The notes: generated from the letters alone by a model not told the origin. Shown: positions 1 to 13,152, counted from the stretch's first letter. The stretch is 64,000 bases of DNA from Eledone cirrhosa (GCA_964016885.1 OZ024746.1:9176001-9240000), one strand, 5' to 3'. Translations and numbers: made by a program.

Positions 1-15
1 TATATATATATATAT

Positions 16-378
16 ATTGTTATACTTGGGGAGGGTCATATTTGTGTAATAATGCCAGAATTAATAACAGAACACACTCACTGAGAAAAGATGGCGTAGA
101 AAATCAAATGCAACGGGGGGAAACAATAGAACCATTGACGATGTTGCAGATGTGCAACGAAAGAACTTTGATAAACCATATATATGTGTTTGTGTCTATA
201 TTGTATCTGTATTTGTTACCGTTGGTTAGTCAATTGCAACATTGAGGACCGAATAAATTAGGTTACCGATATAAAAGACACAGAAGCGAAAAGCGAAAAG
301 CAACCAAACAGTGAGTGTGTTCTGTTATTAATTCTGCCAATATTACACAAATATGACGCTCCCCAAGTATAACAATAT
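16..378 (+). mobile_element. Non-autonomous Penelope-like/HHR element (family B) with ~65-bp inverted 5' arm, next to (TA)n
   Basis: 19-82 is the reverse complement of ~310-375. The terminus ATGAC(C/G)CTCCC(C/A)AAGTATAACAA also occurs at ~22350-22372 and inverted at ~3737-3759. Contains an HHR at 131-172. Confidence 0.7.
131..172 (+). ncRNA. Degenerate type I hammerhead ribozyme
   Basis: acca-TTGACGA-t-gttgca-gatg-tgcaac-GAAA-gaactt-tgat; C3 mutated to T; same layout as the HHR at 22166. Confidence 0.6.
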
Positions 379-422
379 TTGTTTCGACACACGATTTCAT
401 ATAAAAAACCTCGCATAACTAA

Positions 423-495
<73 letters not shown>

Positions 496-515
496 GATAT
501 ATATGTATGTATATA

Positions 516-1030
516 TTGTTTACAAACAAACCGAGCATTATAATAAATGTTCGGTAAATCCATACGTACATATATATATATGTGCATGTATGTATGTATA
601 TACATACGGCTGTACGTGTGTATACATATATGTATGTACGTATACATACTGATATTTAAGTATCAGCCGTACTAAGAGAGAGAAATGAAATTTAATTTTT
701 TCCATTTATCGGTTTCGGTACACCCAGCCGACTAACTCACTCCATATGCAAATTAGGCTGCTCAGCCATTAATATGCATAAGGAAAGTATATACTTTCAA
801 ACGTTCAATCGACTGACAGGAAGGTATACGGTGCTGAGGACAGCTAATAAGCTAGAAACTAGTTCATCGTTCCTTTGTCAGTGTTGAACAAAAGGGCACC
901 GATGGTTGCCGAACACTGTACGGCTAATAATTCGGGATGTTTGTTTACAAACAAACCGAGCATTATAATAAATGTTCAGTAGACCCATACGTACATGTAT
1001 ATATGTGTGCATATATGTATGTATATACAT
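516..1030 (+). mobile_element. Retrozyme-like partial tandem (425-nt unit, ~1.2 copies)
   Basis: TTGTTTACAAACAAACCGAGCATTATAATAAATGTTC occurs at 516 and 941; one HHR lies between; flanked by (TA)n. Confidence 0.65.
828..870 (+). ncRNA. Minimal type I hammerhead ribozyme
   Basis: acggtg-CTGAGGA-c-agct-aata-agct-a-GAAA-ctag-TT-catcgt; palindromic stem III AACTAGTT; GUU cleavage triplet. Confidence 0.85.
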
Positions 1031-1114
1031 ACTACTTTACGTCTGTATACATATACGTATGTATACATACTTATATTTATATATATATATATGATATATG
1101 TATTAAATAAATAC

Positions 1115-1159
<45 letters not shown>

Positions 1160-1170
1160 ATATGTAATAA

Positions 1171-1232
<62 letters not shown>

Positions 1233-1593
1233 AATAATAATAAATTTGAAGACTAAAATTCAAAGAGGTCTCGATAAGGATAAATATAGAGAGGGTAAAG
1301 ATACAGAGAAAGAGGAAGCAGTAAGAACGAAATAGACGGGTCACAGCGGGGGAAAAAATATGTGTAAATATGTGAATAAACGTGCTGCGTGGTTGCTAAT
1401 GGGTTACATATGAATAAAGTTAGTCCTTCATCAGTGATCTTCCAACCATCATTGGTATTTCATCGCTTTAAAGACCATATACCTCCGGTTATAGAGAGAG
1501 AGAGAGAGAGAGAGAACATATGAAGTTGGAAATAGCACGGGAGATATGTTTAAGGGTCTGTTTTTCTTTTTTGATCTGTCAAAGTGACATTAT

Positions 1594-1776
1594 TGGATTG
1601 GTAGTATCGGTAGAGGGTCAGACACTATGCTTTCCAGCATAGTTACGTCCCTTTACGATCTGAGTTCAAATCCCGCCGAGGTTGACTTTGCCTTTCATCC
1701 TTACGAGGTCGATAACATAAAGTACCAGTAATGCACTGGGATAATTGATGGCCTTGTGCCAAAAGTAGAAACAATT
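1594..1776 (+). mobile_element. tRNA-derived SINE (main family)
   Basis: A box TGG(C/T)AGTATCGG, B box GTTCAAATCC, core GACTTTGCCTTTCATCCTTACGRGGTCGATAA (Meta-domain-like), tail GTAGAAACAATTA. Confidence 0.9.
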
Positions 1777-2159
1777 ATTGAAAATATAGTGTTATTAAAA
1801 ATGAAGGACAATTCATTTCTGAAAATTGTTTATGAAGTATATAAAGTGTATGAAAAAATTACCAGTTTCGATGTATTAAAATCCATCTTGTCAAATTCAG
1901 TGAAAAGAGTTAATTAAAAAGGGAAGAAAAAAAAAGAGTTTAAAATTAAAATTAAAATTAAAAACGAATGTTTGAGCAAAATTTCTTACATCATGCCATC
2001 TGAAAAGTTGGGATGGAATGAGGCCAAGTTGTTTTGTTTAATCTAGTGGTCAATAGTTGAAAAGGGGGAAGGGGGTTGTAGGAGCAGACTACTGTTTTAG
2101 GAGCTGACTACTGTGGTAGGTTGGGGTGTGTACATCCCCACCCACACACACACCCACAC

Positions 2160-2190
<31 letters not shown>

Positions 2191-2727
2191 CGCAAACACA
2201 CACACAAGAGTACAAACATGTGAGTGTGTGCGTATATGTATGCATAAATATGTGTGCGTATATATGTATGGTGTTGTTGTGTGTGTGTGTTTTTACAGTT
2301 TGTCTGTTAAAGTTACTTTTGTAGAGGGGAATTAAGAAAAAGTTCTTTTCTCTCGAAAATTCAGAAAATTGGCAAAAGTTAAGAGCTGAAATCCACAGTA
2401 GTCTGCTCCTACAACCCCCTTCCCCCTTTTCAACTATTGACCACTAGATTAAACAAAACAACTTGGCCTCATTCCATGCCAACTTTTCAGATGGCATGAT
2501 GGAAGAAATTTTACTCAAACATTCGTTTTTGATTTTAATTTTAATTTTAAACCCTTTTTACTCCCTTTTTAATTCACTTTTTCACTGAATTTGACAAGAT
2601 GCATTTTAATACATCGAGACTGGTAATTTTTTCATACACTTTATATACTTCATAAAAAAATATTTCAAAAAAGAATTGTCCTTCTTTTTTTAATAACACT
2701 ATCTTTTTAATAACACTATATTTTCAA

Positions 2728-2919
2728 TAATTGTTTCTACTTTTGGCACAAGGCCAGCAATTATCCCAGTGTATTACTGGTACTTTATTTTATCGACCCC
2801 GTAAGGATGAAAGGCAAAGTTAACCTCGGCGGGATTTGAACTCAGATCATAAAGGGCCGTAACTCTTTGCTACAAAGAATGGCGTCCGACCCTCTACTGA
2901 TACTGCCAATCCAGCGCCC
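2728..2919 (-). mobile_element. tRNA-derived SINE (main family)
   Basis: Full length; 16-bp TSD CTATATTTTCAATAAT at 2716-2731 and 2921-2936. Confidence 0.9.
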
Positions 2920-3153
2920 TCTATATTTTCAATAATGTCACTTTGACGAATCAAAAAAGAAAAAACAGACCCTTAAACATATCTCCCGTGCTATTTCCAA
3001 CTTCATCTTTTCTCTATACCCACTGTTTTGTATATAATCTCTCTTCCCTTTTCTAATATATATATATATATATATTTATTTCAAGCAGTCAACAAACAGA
3101 GGTACAAACAGTCTTATTAGTTTCACGCTTTATATTGGAAAGGGGAAAGAAAG

Positions 3154-3187
3154 TTCGACGTGTCGGACTTAAGCCCTTCTTCAAGAG
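3154..3187 (-). ncRNA. Degenerate hammerhead ribozyme
   Basis: Minus strand: ctc-TTGAAGA-a-gggc-ttaa-gtcc-GACA-cg-TC-gaa; two core substitutions. Confidence 0.5.
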
Positions 3188-3559
3188 TACAAATTAGAGA
3201 TAGGATCACAAAGGAGAAACACAAAAAATGGATACAGCTATAACAAACCTGTATTCGGCGTTTACTGGATGTTGCCATTCATTCTCCGGCAGAATTAGTA
3301 TTGGGTATTTAACAAAGGCCTTCATCAAAGGCTTCGAGTATGACGTGTAAGACCAGATTATAAATGTCCTCTACTTCTAAGGGAAATAGCATAGATTATC
3401 AGTTCCATGCTATTTTATGGGTCTTTTAATTTCTGCTATAATTCTATTCATCATTAATCAGTATAGTTACCTTATATACTTATTTATTACCTACACTAAA
3501 CTATCAAATAATTCTACCCTATTTTCCTCAGAGTCACACATACACTCACACACACACAC

Positions 3560-3596
<37 letters not shown>

Positions 3597-3628
3597 TATA
3601 TAGATATATAGATATATATAGATATAGA

Positions 3629-3678
<50 letters not shown>

Positions 3679-3769
3679 ATATATATATAAGAAAGATAAC
3701 CAAAACACACACACCTATATATATACATATATATATTGTTATACTTTGGGAGGGTCATGTTGCCAATAT

Positions 3770-3888
3770 TGTCCAGAATTAGCCGTCGAAACGGCTTGAG
3801 CTCAGCCATCGGGGTCCTACTCGTTCCTATTACCCACTCTACTACCCTAAGTATTGAGTACTTTGGTGCGTTATGGTCCACCTGGTTC

Positions 3889-3890
<2 letters not shown>
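3770..3890 (+). mobile_element. Family A HHR-derived element fused to an inverted family B terminus
   Basis: TAGCCGTC-GAAA-CGGCTTGAGCTCAGCCA-TC-GGGGTC...GGTTCC; 3736-3769 is the family B end. Confidence 0.8.
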
Positions 3891-3921
<31 letters not shown>

Positions 3922-4599
3922 GAAAGAGAGAGAGGGGGGGGGGGAATATACTGTGAAAATATCAATTCAATAAATTTGATACGACAAAGCCTACCTTTAT
4001 GAAATGAAAAATAAGAAAAATTATTTGCATCTATGAATTGTAGAGGGTGTTTTAATGTTCTTGAATTTCAATTTTAATCTAATATAAGTAGAAATTATAC
4101 TTTATTATTCTCTCTGTTACAAATATTCAATTATTTTGTTTTCTGTTTCTCTCCCTCTCTCTCCTCTCTCTCTCCACCGTATCTCTTTGACCACATATTT
4201 ATATCTCTACCTTTCTATATATCTATACATCTCCCTCTCCTGTATCTACGTAGTTCCTCTGTACTTTTTATCATTAAAATTCCTCCCTATTTGTTTGTGT
4301 GTCTTTATAAATAAATATGTTTATGAATCCAACAATTATTTCTAAGTAGTATTGTGCATGTTTCGAGAGAGGAAAAAAGAAAGAGAGAAATGATATATGC
4401 ATATATATATATATATATATATAGCGTGTGTGTACGTGTGCGCACGCGTGTGTGTGTGTGTATGTGTGAACACATATTTCTGTGTAGGAGGAATTAATGT
4501 ATGTATTTGTACGCATGTGTGCCTGGACTTCGTTGTTTGTCTGCAAATGATTGGAAACACATTGCGCAATTATAACTCGCAGCGATATAGTGGACCTTC

Positions 4600-5290
4600 C
4601 AGCCTTAAAAAGTTTCTTGTAATGCAATAAATATTTGTTTATAACTTCTACAGATTCTGGGCAATGGGATAAGACAGGTGTAAGAGAATTTCAAAATGTA
4701 AAGGAGTTATGGCGGAAACATATGCTATGTTACTTGGTACAATATTTTTGTTTGAAAACGCGATATGGTTAGAGAACTTAAATATGAATTGACTGGTGCA
4801 GCCTGGTGTGTTTCTCTTTTCTATTGAGGAAAAGGTACATCTCAAGGATATATACATCATTTTGTTATTTTAGCTGTAGTGAAAGGAGAGATATATTAGA
4901 ATAACCTTTTATTTTGTATTTTTTTTTTTTAGTAGTAGTGGTGGATACTTTTTATTTTGTCAAATGATTTGATCTGAATGAAGGAGCTATGTCTATCACT
5001 TTCATACCCCTCCCCCCTAGGGATCGGGCAAATATACCGGATTAATGTTCGTCTTCAACTAATTCCAGGGAATCCTTCTTTCTGTGGAGAAACATTCGTA
5101 GTAGTAGTTGGTATAGCGTTTCCAGATACAAAATATTGGTGACGAAAGAACGAAATCTGAGGGAGGCGTGTGACCCTGAGTGGATGTGTTGTGAGAGGAG
5201 CCAATTCTAAAGAGTAGAATACTTTATATAATCCTGTATCGAAGGCAGAATAACAATACAATATATTTGTGGGGTGGAGGCAGGAATCTT
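4600..5290 (-). pseudogene. Highly degenerate Penelope-like relic (thumb/linker + GIY-YIG)
   Basis: ORF 4648-4860 YISLRC...GCTSQFIFKFSNHIAF resembles IYxxxC..YIGxT..FKxRFxNH; 5055-5261 loosely resembles the PLE linker. Confidence 0.35.
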
Positions 5291-5384
5291 TCTAAAAGGT
5301 TAGAGTGGTCACAGCTTTTCTCAGAGAGTCGGTAGAAAAACAGGAGATTTCCTTGTAGTATCAACGCTACTTGGCACTACTAGT

Positions 5385-5590
5385 CGGAACAAGCTGTTTA
5401 TAGAATATTTGTTGGAACTCCGTCCGTTAAGTCAAACAACGAAGCTTCCTGCTTGTTAAATTAACCGGCAACTCCCGGAGCATTTCCTTAACGCAACCCT
5501 CGGAGTGATTCAGTTGGACACATGTGAAAAGGCTTATTCTTTGAATTAAGAGTATAAATCATATTTCTTCAGCTGAGTTAACTGGAGCTG
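5385..5590 (-). mobile_element. Old CORE-type SINE fragment
   Basis: CAGCTGAGTTAACTGGAGC and body similar to 35590-35870. Confidence 0.5.
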
Positions 5591-6366
5591 AAAATCGAAC
5601 TGATGGTGCAACAGCAATGAGCTGCACACCGTAACTATCAAGTCACGTACCTCCACACATAATATATATTATTCATAGTAATGGAAATGAAGCAGATGGC
5701 GTCTATTAGTAATATAATGTGAGAGTAATGTGCTAACTGTTAGTATAATATAACATATTAATATATATATGATGTATATTAATATAATTAATATATTACG
5801 TATATTAACATAAAAGGTAGCCAAATGGTATTGGATAAAAGGATTTGTGGTAAACATACAGGCTCTCTGCACCCTAGGTTCAAATCCCGCTGATGTCACC
5901 CTTCTTTTTGGTCGTTTTGGTGTTGTTATATAAAGTAACAGTTCAGTACCGGGGTCAATTCTTCCACTGTTTCTCTTAGTTACTCTCTCTCTCTCCCCCT
6001 CTCTTTCTCTCTCTATCTATCTATCTCCATTTCTCTCTTTCGATCTGGAAGAAATTAGATGTGTTCAGATATAAAACCGGAAAATCTCAGTCAAATTAAG
6101 CTGCTCATAACGCGATGTATAACATAATCGCGTTCCTCTAAGTCCCTCATGAGATAACGAAAGATTCTTGTATGCATTCATGAACATAATATAATGTAAT
6201 AGACACATATATATAATATAATTGAAACATATGACGTTAATTAATTTAATTTAGTGCAAGAGAAATATATGACGTCTATAAACGTAGGACTTTTAAGATC
6301 TATACATACCAAGATTACCAGATATATGAACAACCCTACAAACACGGAAATTACCGCTTTGAAAAA

Positions 6367-6422
<56 letters not shown>

Positions 6423-6534
6423 GGGGTGGGTATGTGTATGTGCTTCCATGTATGTGTCTATGTGTGTGTATATGTATGTGTATGCGTGAATCTATATGGG
6501 TGTGTGTGTTGATGCATGTGCTTATTATATATAT

Positions 6535-6730
6535 ATAACGAAGGAAGTGCGGTAAGGAACCAGATGGACCATAACGCACCAGAGTACTCAATACTTCAGG
6601 TAGTAGGGTGGGTAATAGGAAATGTTCAAGACCCGAACGACAGAGCTCAAGCCGTTTCAACGGCTGTTTCTGTCCAGAAATAGCCGTCGAAACGGCTTGT
6701 GCTCTGCCGTCGGGGTCTTGAACATTTTCC

Positions 6731-6735
<5 letters not shown>
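6535..6735 (-). mobile_element. Family A HHR-derived palindromic element
   Basis: Inverted arms around CTGTTTCTGTCCAGAAATAG; short arm ends CCTAT into (TA)n. Confidence 0.85.
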
Positions 6736-6763
<28 letters not shown>

Positions 6764-6799
6764 ACATTTATATTATTTATTTTTGTACAGAAAAGAAGC

Positions 6800-7020
6800 C
6801 TGCTGTGTCCTTGAGCAAGATATTTTTGCTCCAGTTCACTCAGCTGTGGAAATGTGTTGCAACGTCACTGGTACCAAGGTCTATCGCCTTTTCTCTTGGA
6901 CGACATCAGAGGCGTGGAGAGGTATGCATGGGTGACGGGTGGTCTTCCACAAAACAAACAAACTTACCCGCAGTTGTGCCTTGGTGGGGAACATTTTCGA
7001 GGCAAATCCCATGGTCATTC
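6800..7020 (+). mobile_element. CORE-type SINE fragment
   Basis: TGTGTCCTTGAGCAAGAT...GCTCCAGTTCACTCAGCTG motif. Confidence 0.6.
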
Positions 7021-8024
7021 GTGAAAGAAGGGGTTCTTTACTTTAAAATATTATTAAATCATATGGTACCTCTTAACGAAATACAATGTGAGAAATTTAT
7101 AACTTCCATTCACTTAATATTATATGACATATATATGGATGATTTATAGGAGCCATACTTTTCGATTAATGTCTACGTTGAATTCTCCTGTGTACGTTTC
7201 CTTAATATAAATAACGCAGTGGTATGTAACACATGCCGGACAAGGCAATGTTTAAATTGGGTAGTTAGCAATAGTTCGGAATATTCCACCATTTATGTTA
7301 CTGTGTCTGTGTGTTCGAAATATATTCGATTTTCGTTCCATTCAATCCTGTTTCTCAATGCGTGTATATGTGTCTTTGGTTTTGCATGTGTGTTTGTATG
7401 TATGGCTCTATGTGTGTGTGTGTGTGTATATGTATGTGTATGCGTGAATCTATATGGGTGTTTGTGTTGATGCATGTGCTTATTATTCATTTCATGTATA
7501 ACAAAATTAACTTCTGTGTAATGTAAACCTTGAGCATGCTGTAACACAAAACAGGAATATCCGAGATGAAAACGATGATTTCGGTTGCTATGGCGTCAAA
7601 ATACCAATTTGACATCGAGATGTATTTATGGATCAGATAAAGACAAAACACTCCCCACAGAAGAAAAATATATAAATAAAAAAGAAACAAAGTTACAAAG
7701 TGAAAGAAAGAATAGAAGTATATGGAAAATAATCCTCAGGAAATCCCTTTCGTTTTATATTTTCTGATATAGCCATTCGATTACTATCAAACTCAATTAA
7801 TCGATAACGATAAAAACTCAATTTTAGAAGCATTTTATATAGAAGTCTATTTACTACATTCACGACTAACGTCGGACGAAGAAGGAGCCGAAATATGAAA
7901 AAGAACATTTAAAAAGAAAACAAAAACAAAGGACGTAAATTAAAAACATGGAAAGATTGTATGGTATGGTCCCGTAACTCATGATGGAGTTATGGGACCA
8001 TACCAGAGCATGGAGGGCCACTTT

Positions 8025-8059
8025 AGGGACATATTACGTTTCTTGGGCATCTTTAGCCT
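8025..8059 (-). ncRNA. Degenerate minimal hammerhead
   Basis: Minus strand: agg-CTAAAGA-tgcccaa-GAAA-cgtaatatg-TC-cct; G5 to A; strong hairpins on both sides. Confidence 0.4.
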
Positions 8060-8372
8060 GGCGGAGCCCGTCCCGCTCCACGCCTGAGTTCAACAGATTT
8101 CCTTCAGAAAAGTGTATGAGAAAAAAGAAGTGAGAAAGAGATGTGGAGGAAGAATCGACGCGAATACTACGTATATGCATACTTATAATACTCTCACTCA
8201 GTAGTATTGGCACCAATATAGACTCACAACACAGATATGCTAACTGTAAATATTCAAATGTGATAGAACTTTTTCTAATGTTTTAATTGAATTTAACAGA
8301 TAGATTCCACTGACTTCAATGATAACAGAAGTGCAGCCTTATTTCTACTGATATTATAATCAATTTCTTCGG

Positions 8373-8376
<4 letters not shown>

Positions 8377-8441
<65 letters not shown>

Positions 8442-8465
8442 CCATGTATGTATATCTATGTATAA

Positions 8466-8547
<82 letters not shown>

Positions 8548-8586
8548 GTATATATATATGTATGTATATATATATATATATGTATG

Positions 8587-8669
<83 letters not shown>

Positions 8670-8684
8670 GTATATATGCATACA

Positions 8685-8716
<32 letters not shown>

Positions 8717-8748
8717 CATATATACATACATATATATATATATATATT

Positions 8749-8800
<52 letters not shown>

Positions 8801-8814
8801 TGTATATATATATG

Positions 8815-8855
<41 letters not shown>

Positions 8856-8927
8856 ATATATATGTATATATATATATGTATGTATATATATATAGGTATA
8901 TATACATATATGTATATCTATGTATAA

Positions 8928-8993
<66 letters not shown>

Positions 8994-9015
8994 ATGTATG
9001 TGTGTGTGTGTGTAT
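8377..9015. repeat. Long compound (TA)n/(TATG)/(TG)n microsatellite
   Basis: Direct inspection; many similar tracts occur throughout the window. Confidence 0.97.
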
Positions 9016-9334
9016 TAATAATATCGAATGATTTATAGCTGGCACCATATTGAATATGAAGTGTCATGAACGGAATTTATTGGACATTTTTCAGTTTAGA
9101 TTTATTTTTCTATTAACTTGTAGGATAATAGAAAGCCACGACAGTGGACAAATGTTGTATTTTTTGTTGTTTTTAAACTTTTAATATTAATCCTCTTTTT
9201 TTTTCTATTCTTGCAGTGAAGTAACAATTTTCTATGACCGTGTATATAAATGTGTCTTTGTCAAAATTTGAGCATTTGGGGGCGGGGATCTAATTGCTGC
9301 CTTGTGCAGTTAGACTGAGCTTTTATGGTAAGTA

Positions 9335-9518
9335 TAATTGTTTCTACTTTTGGCACAAGGCCAGCAAATACTCAGTGTATTACTGGTACTTTATTTTGTC
9401 GACCCCGTAAGGATGAAAGGCAAAGTTAACCTTGGCGCGATTTGAACTCAGATCGTAAAGGGACGTAACTACGCTGGAAAGCATGTCTGACCCTCTACCG
9501 ATACTGCCAATTCACCGC
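9335..9518 (-). mobile_element. tRNA-derived SINE (main family)
   Basis: 18-bp TSD TTTTATGGTAAG(T/C)ATAAT at 9321 and 9521. Confidence 0.9.
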
Positions 9519-10764
9519 AATTTTATGGTAAGCATAATGCCATGATTATATAAACGTCATGAGGATTTTATCACAAAATGTTTGTCACATAATCTTAACG
9601 TCCACCTAAATTCGAGCAGCTTTGTTACCTTCTTTCCCTACTCTCATCTATTCATGTTTTATGTTGACGAAAGCTTTATGATTTGATCAGTAAAATATAA
9701 GGTGTATTCTGCACTACATAGGTATTTAGTTGTATGGCTGGATATGTGATTAGCAATGCCACATAAATCCCACTGTTAGAAAAATATTTCCCACGACTGC
9801 TTTAAACTTATCTTCTTCCAATTGATGGCAGGTCAATACATAAAAATAGACAGAACTAGAATTGTCTTAGTGAAACTTTCAGAATTAGCTGAAAATTGAC
9901 GAGACATTGTACAGTTAAAGCATAGAGATTGAATTTGCTTACAGGTGAATAAATGAATTACTTCAGCTGTTGTCGATTTACATAGCTGATATAATATATG
10001 GATATATATTAGTGATATATTGCTCTTAATTCAAATCCTTTCTATACTCGACTATGTCATTGGGTTTCGTTTTTGAAATTTAATAAATCAATAAAATAAG
10101 CAGATATATGATTGTGGCTGACTTAATACTTTAAAAGTATTTCTCTCTACTTGACTCTTGCAAAGAAAAAATACTAATTCTCAATAAGGTTGAGATTACC
10201 TCTTTATGACAAATATGAATAACCTTTATATATCCTGTACACTATGTTCAATACAAAGATAGAGACAGATTGTAGTGGATGATACCTTCAATATATAAAT
10301 ATTAGTTACTGTTTAGACTTGCCAATTCTCCCTGTCCGACGGGGAGATTTCTCACCCACTTTGGGGTGGGTTAGAGATGGCTTCTCTTGTGAACATTGTT
10401 ATAGCTTTCATTATGTAAAATCTCCCCTTTTGCTTTATTTCTCGCTGTTTTCGGGTTCTTTTTTTCATGGTGCACTCTGTTTGGGTTTTTAGAGGTTGGC
10501 AGGTCTGGTTTAGCGTTAGTTTAACTATGATATGATCAATCAAATATACGCCAGTCATCGGCATCTTTTCATTTCATGTGTAACTATTATTGCTTTATAC
10601 TATGTACTCTTACAGCGTTAGAGTAATAATATTTAAGATTGTTATTTCTAGTAGGTCAGTGATTATGTGAAGAATCCATTGTCAATTCATAAATTGATTT
10701 AATAAGTGATTATGCATAAATTAAACACTTACTTTCGAGGACATCTCTTTCTTAATCTTCATGT

Positions 10765-10911
10765 TATAAAAAGATCGTAGAAATTACTACTGTTCCATTT
10801 TAACGACAGTGGTATTTCCTAGGGTAAAAATGCATATTAATGTGTGAAAATCTCACTAAGGAAGGCAACAATTATGTTAAGAAGCTCATTTACCTGGAAG
10901 AAATATGAATT
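10765..10911. repeat. ~145-bp block duplicated at ~13605-13752
   Basis: TTATAAAAAGATC...CTCATTTACCTGGAAGAAA in both copies. Confidence 0.85.
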
Positions 10912-12718
10912 AATTCGTTATTTATTCTTCTGTACAAGCTTAAATCGTTTTATAATGCATGAAATTGAAATATGGATGAAATTTCTTGGAATTTCTTTTC
11001 ACGCTTTTCGTTTATATAAGGAAAATCGGAGGAAAACAGAATCTGTATATTATCGTATATTCATAAAAATTGGATTTGATTATATTATTTAACATTTAAC
11101 TGAAAGGAGTTACATAGACTAATGAAAAAAAGAATTCTTTTATAGCCTCTTTTCAACAAATGAATACATAGCTCTCATTCTAATCCTAACGATAGTATTC
11201 TCCCAATCACTCTCAACTTTAAAGAAACAATGTATACGTATATTTCTGTACGTCTGTATATACTTCTTCAAATATATACACATATATAAAAGTAAACCAG
11301 AGAACAATAAACCCCGTACTACCAGTAGAAGTAAAAGGCAGTATAACAATATGTTTTGTCAATAAAATCTTACAGCCACATATTTAAGTGTGAGAGTTTC
11401 ATTGTGTATGTACTGAATTAAAACATGATTATGATCTAACCTTATAGTTTTTACTAAGTTTATTTGTCACCAGTTAAACGGAGAACACATTGATTCAGAG
11501 AAGAACATTCAGATACGCTTCTACAAACAAAGCTCGGGGAGTGGGTGGAAGAATCCACAAAATAAAAGAAATACTAATAAACCTCTGGTATTCTAAAAAA
11601 AAATAATCAGGATTACGATCAATAAAATAAGAAATACAACACAACAAATACGCCAGACAACTATTGGAAATAGAGAAGTCACATATATTTTATTATATTA
11701 ATCAGATGTATACTAGCTATAGAATAGATGGAGACATTATCAAAGTCCTCGTAAAACAGAACAGAAAATGCATTTCACCAAACATTAGCACTAGAAATCA
11801 TTAAAATTAAAGACCCTGTTCAGCAATATCAAACCACAACAATGTAAAGACTAGAACAAGCTAATAAAGACTAATCGGTTTGAAACATGAAAGGTGTAAA
11901 TGTTATTACTCAAATTGTAATATTGCCCAAACAAATATGTCTTTCTCTTTCAATTTCCAGGAGTGATTCACCAAGGTCATTTCATTTCTTTTGTATTTGT
12001 CCTAAATATGTTCTACCGTTTGATATGTTTGGGGAAGGTCCAGCATAATATACAATATATTCTACTTAGCACACCTGGTTTAAAGAGTATTCAACTGACT
12101 ACAAATGGTTAAAATGTGTAGTTAGTTGTTAATTTGAAATCTATTAATTTGGATCGACGGGACTGAATGGAGGAATTGGCAGAGCCATATAGTAGCAAGG
12201 GGAGGCCTTATGAAGTATCTCCTTAGAACAGGGTTCCCACAGTAATTATATTTTGCTCCCCAAAATACCAAAACATATCTATGTGTATATGCTACAATGT
12301 ATGTACTTGTTATGTAGAGATAGATGGGTGAGATAGATATAGATATAGAGAGGGGGAGAGAGTGGTGGTAATTGATATAGGGAGGGGGTTGGAAGGGAGT
12401 TCCGTGTAAAAGATATAAAGAGAGTGAGAGAGTGTATTAGTCTTAGACATAGAGTAAAGGGTAAGAGAGGTGGTCTCGTGGTAGATATAGGGAGGGGTAG
12501 AGTTTGATTTTAGTAGATACAGACAGGAGGATTAAAAGCGAGGTTTGTGTGATAGACATAGAGAAAAGGAGAGTTTGGTGGTACTCTCGGGTTCCAAATA
12601 ATAAGTGGCGGTGGGGATGATTATTCAAGACTTGAGAGTATGTGAATTATTGACGGACGTAAGGCTGAAAACCCAATACCCAACTAGAGTTTAAATATTC
12701 ATTTAATTTGGCTAAACC

Positions 12719-12828
12719 TTGTTACTTTGGAGTCTCACCTGCGTACTCACCAGACAAGACTGGTGATTCTGTGAGTGCGCAGGTGAAACTTTAGAGTAAC
12801 AATGCTCACCAACAGCCATAATAAATAA

Positions 12829-12830
<2 letters not shown>
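12719..12830 (+). mobile_element. Fold-back HHR-derived element (distinct family)
   Basis: ~32-bp inverted arms; right arm reads stem II'-GAAA-ctttagag-TA-acaa; CUGANGA replaced by the inverted copy; AATAAA then (TA)n. Confidence 0.65.
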
Positions 12831-12877
<47 letters not shown>

Positions 12878-12881
<4 letters not shown>

Positions 12882-13085
12882 AAAAAGTATGACCCCGACG
12901 GTAGAGCTCAAGCCGTTTCGACGACTATTTCTGGACTGAAATAGAGTCCACAAATAGCCGTCGAAACGGCTTGAGCTCTGCCGTCGGGGGTCATACTTTT
13001 TCCTATTTCTCACTCTACTACCCTAAGTATTGAGTACTCTGGTGCGTTATGGTCCATCTGGTTCCTTACCACAATTCCTTTGTTA
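12878..13085 (+). mobile_element. Family A HHR-derived palindromic element
   Basis: Axis in CTGGACT-GAAATAG-AGTCCAC; flanked by (TA)n. Confidence 0.85.
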
Positions 13086-13113
13086 TATATATATATTTAT
13101 ATATATATATGTA

Positions 13114-13152
<39 letters not shown>

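Larger units (their letters stand above)
1520..3006. mobile_element. Foldback/MITE-like element with ~580-610-bp inverted arms, each carrying a SINE
   Basis: 1520-2095 is the reverse complement of ~2395-3006, around a ~300-bp CA/TG-rich spacer. Confidence 0.8.

Noticed and set aside
1400-1440. Minus-strand CTGATGAAGGAC as a hammerhead
   Set aside because: No closing stem II or GAAA follows; at best a truncated remnant
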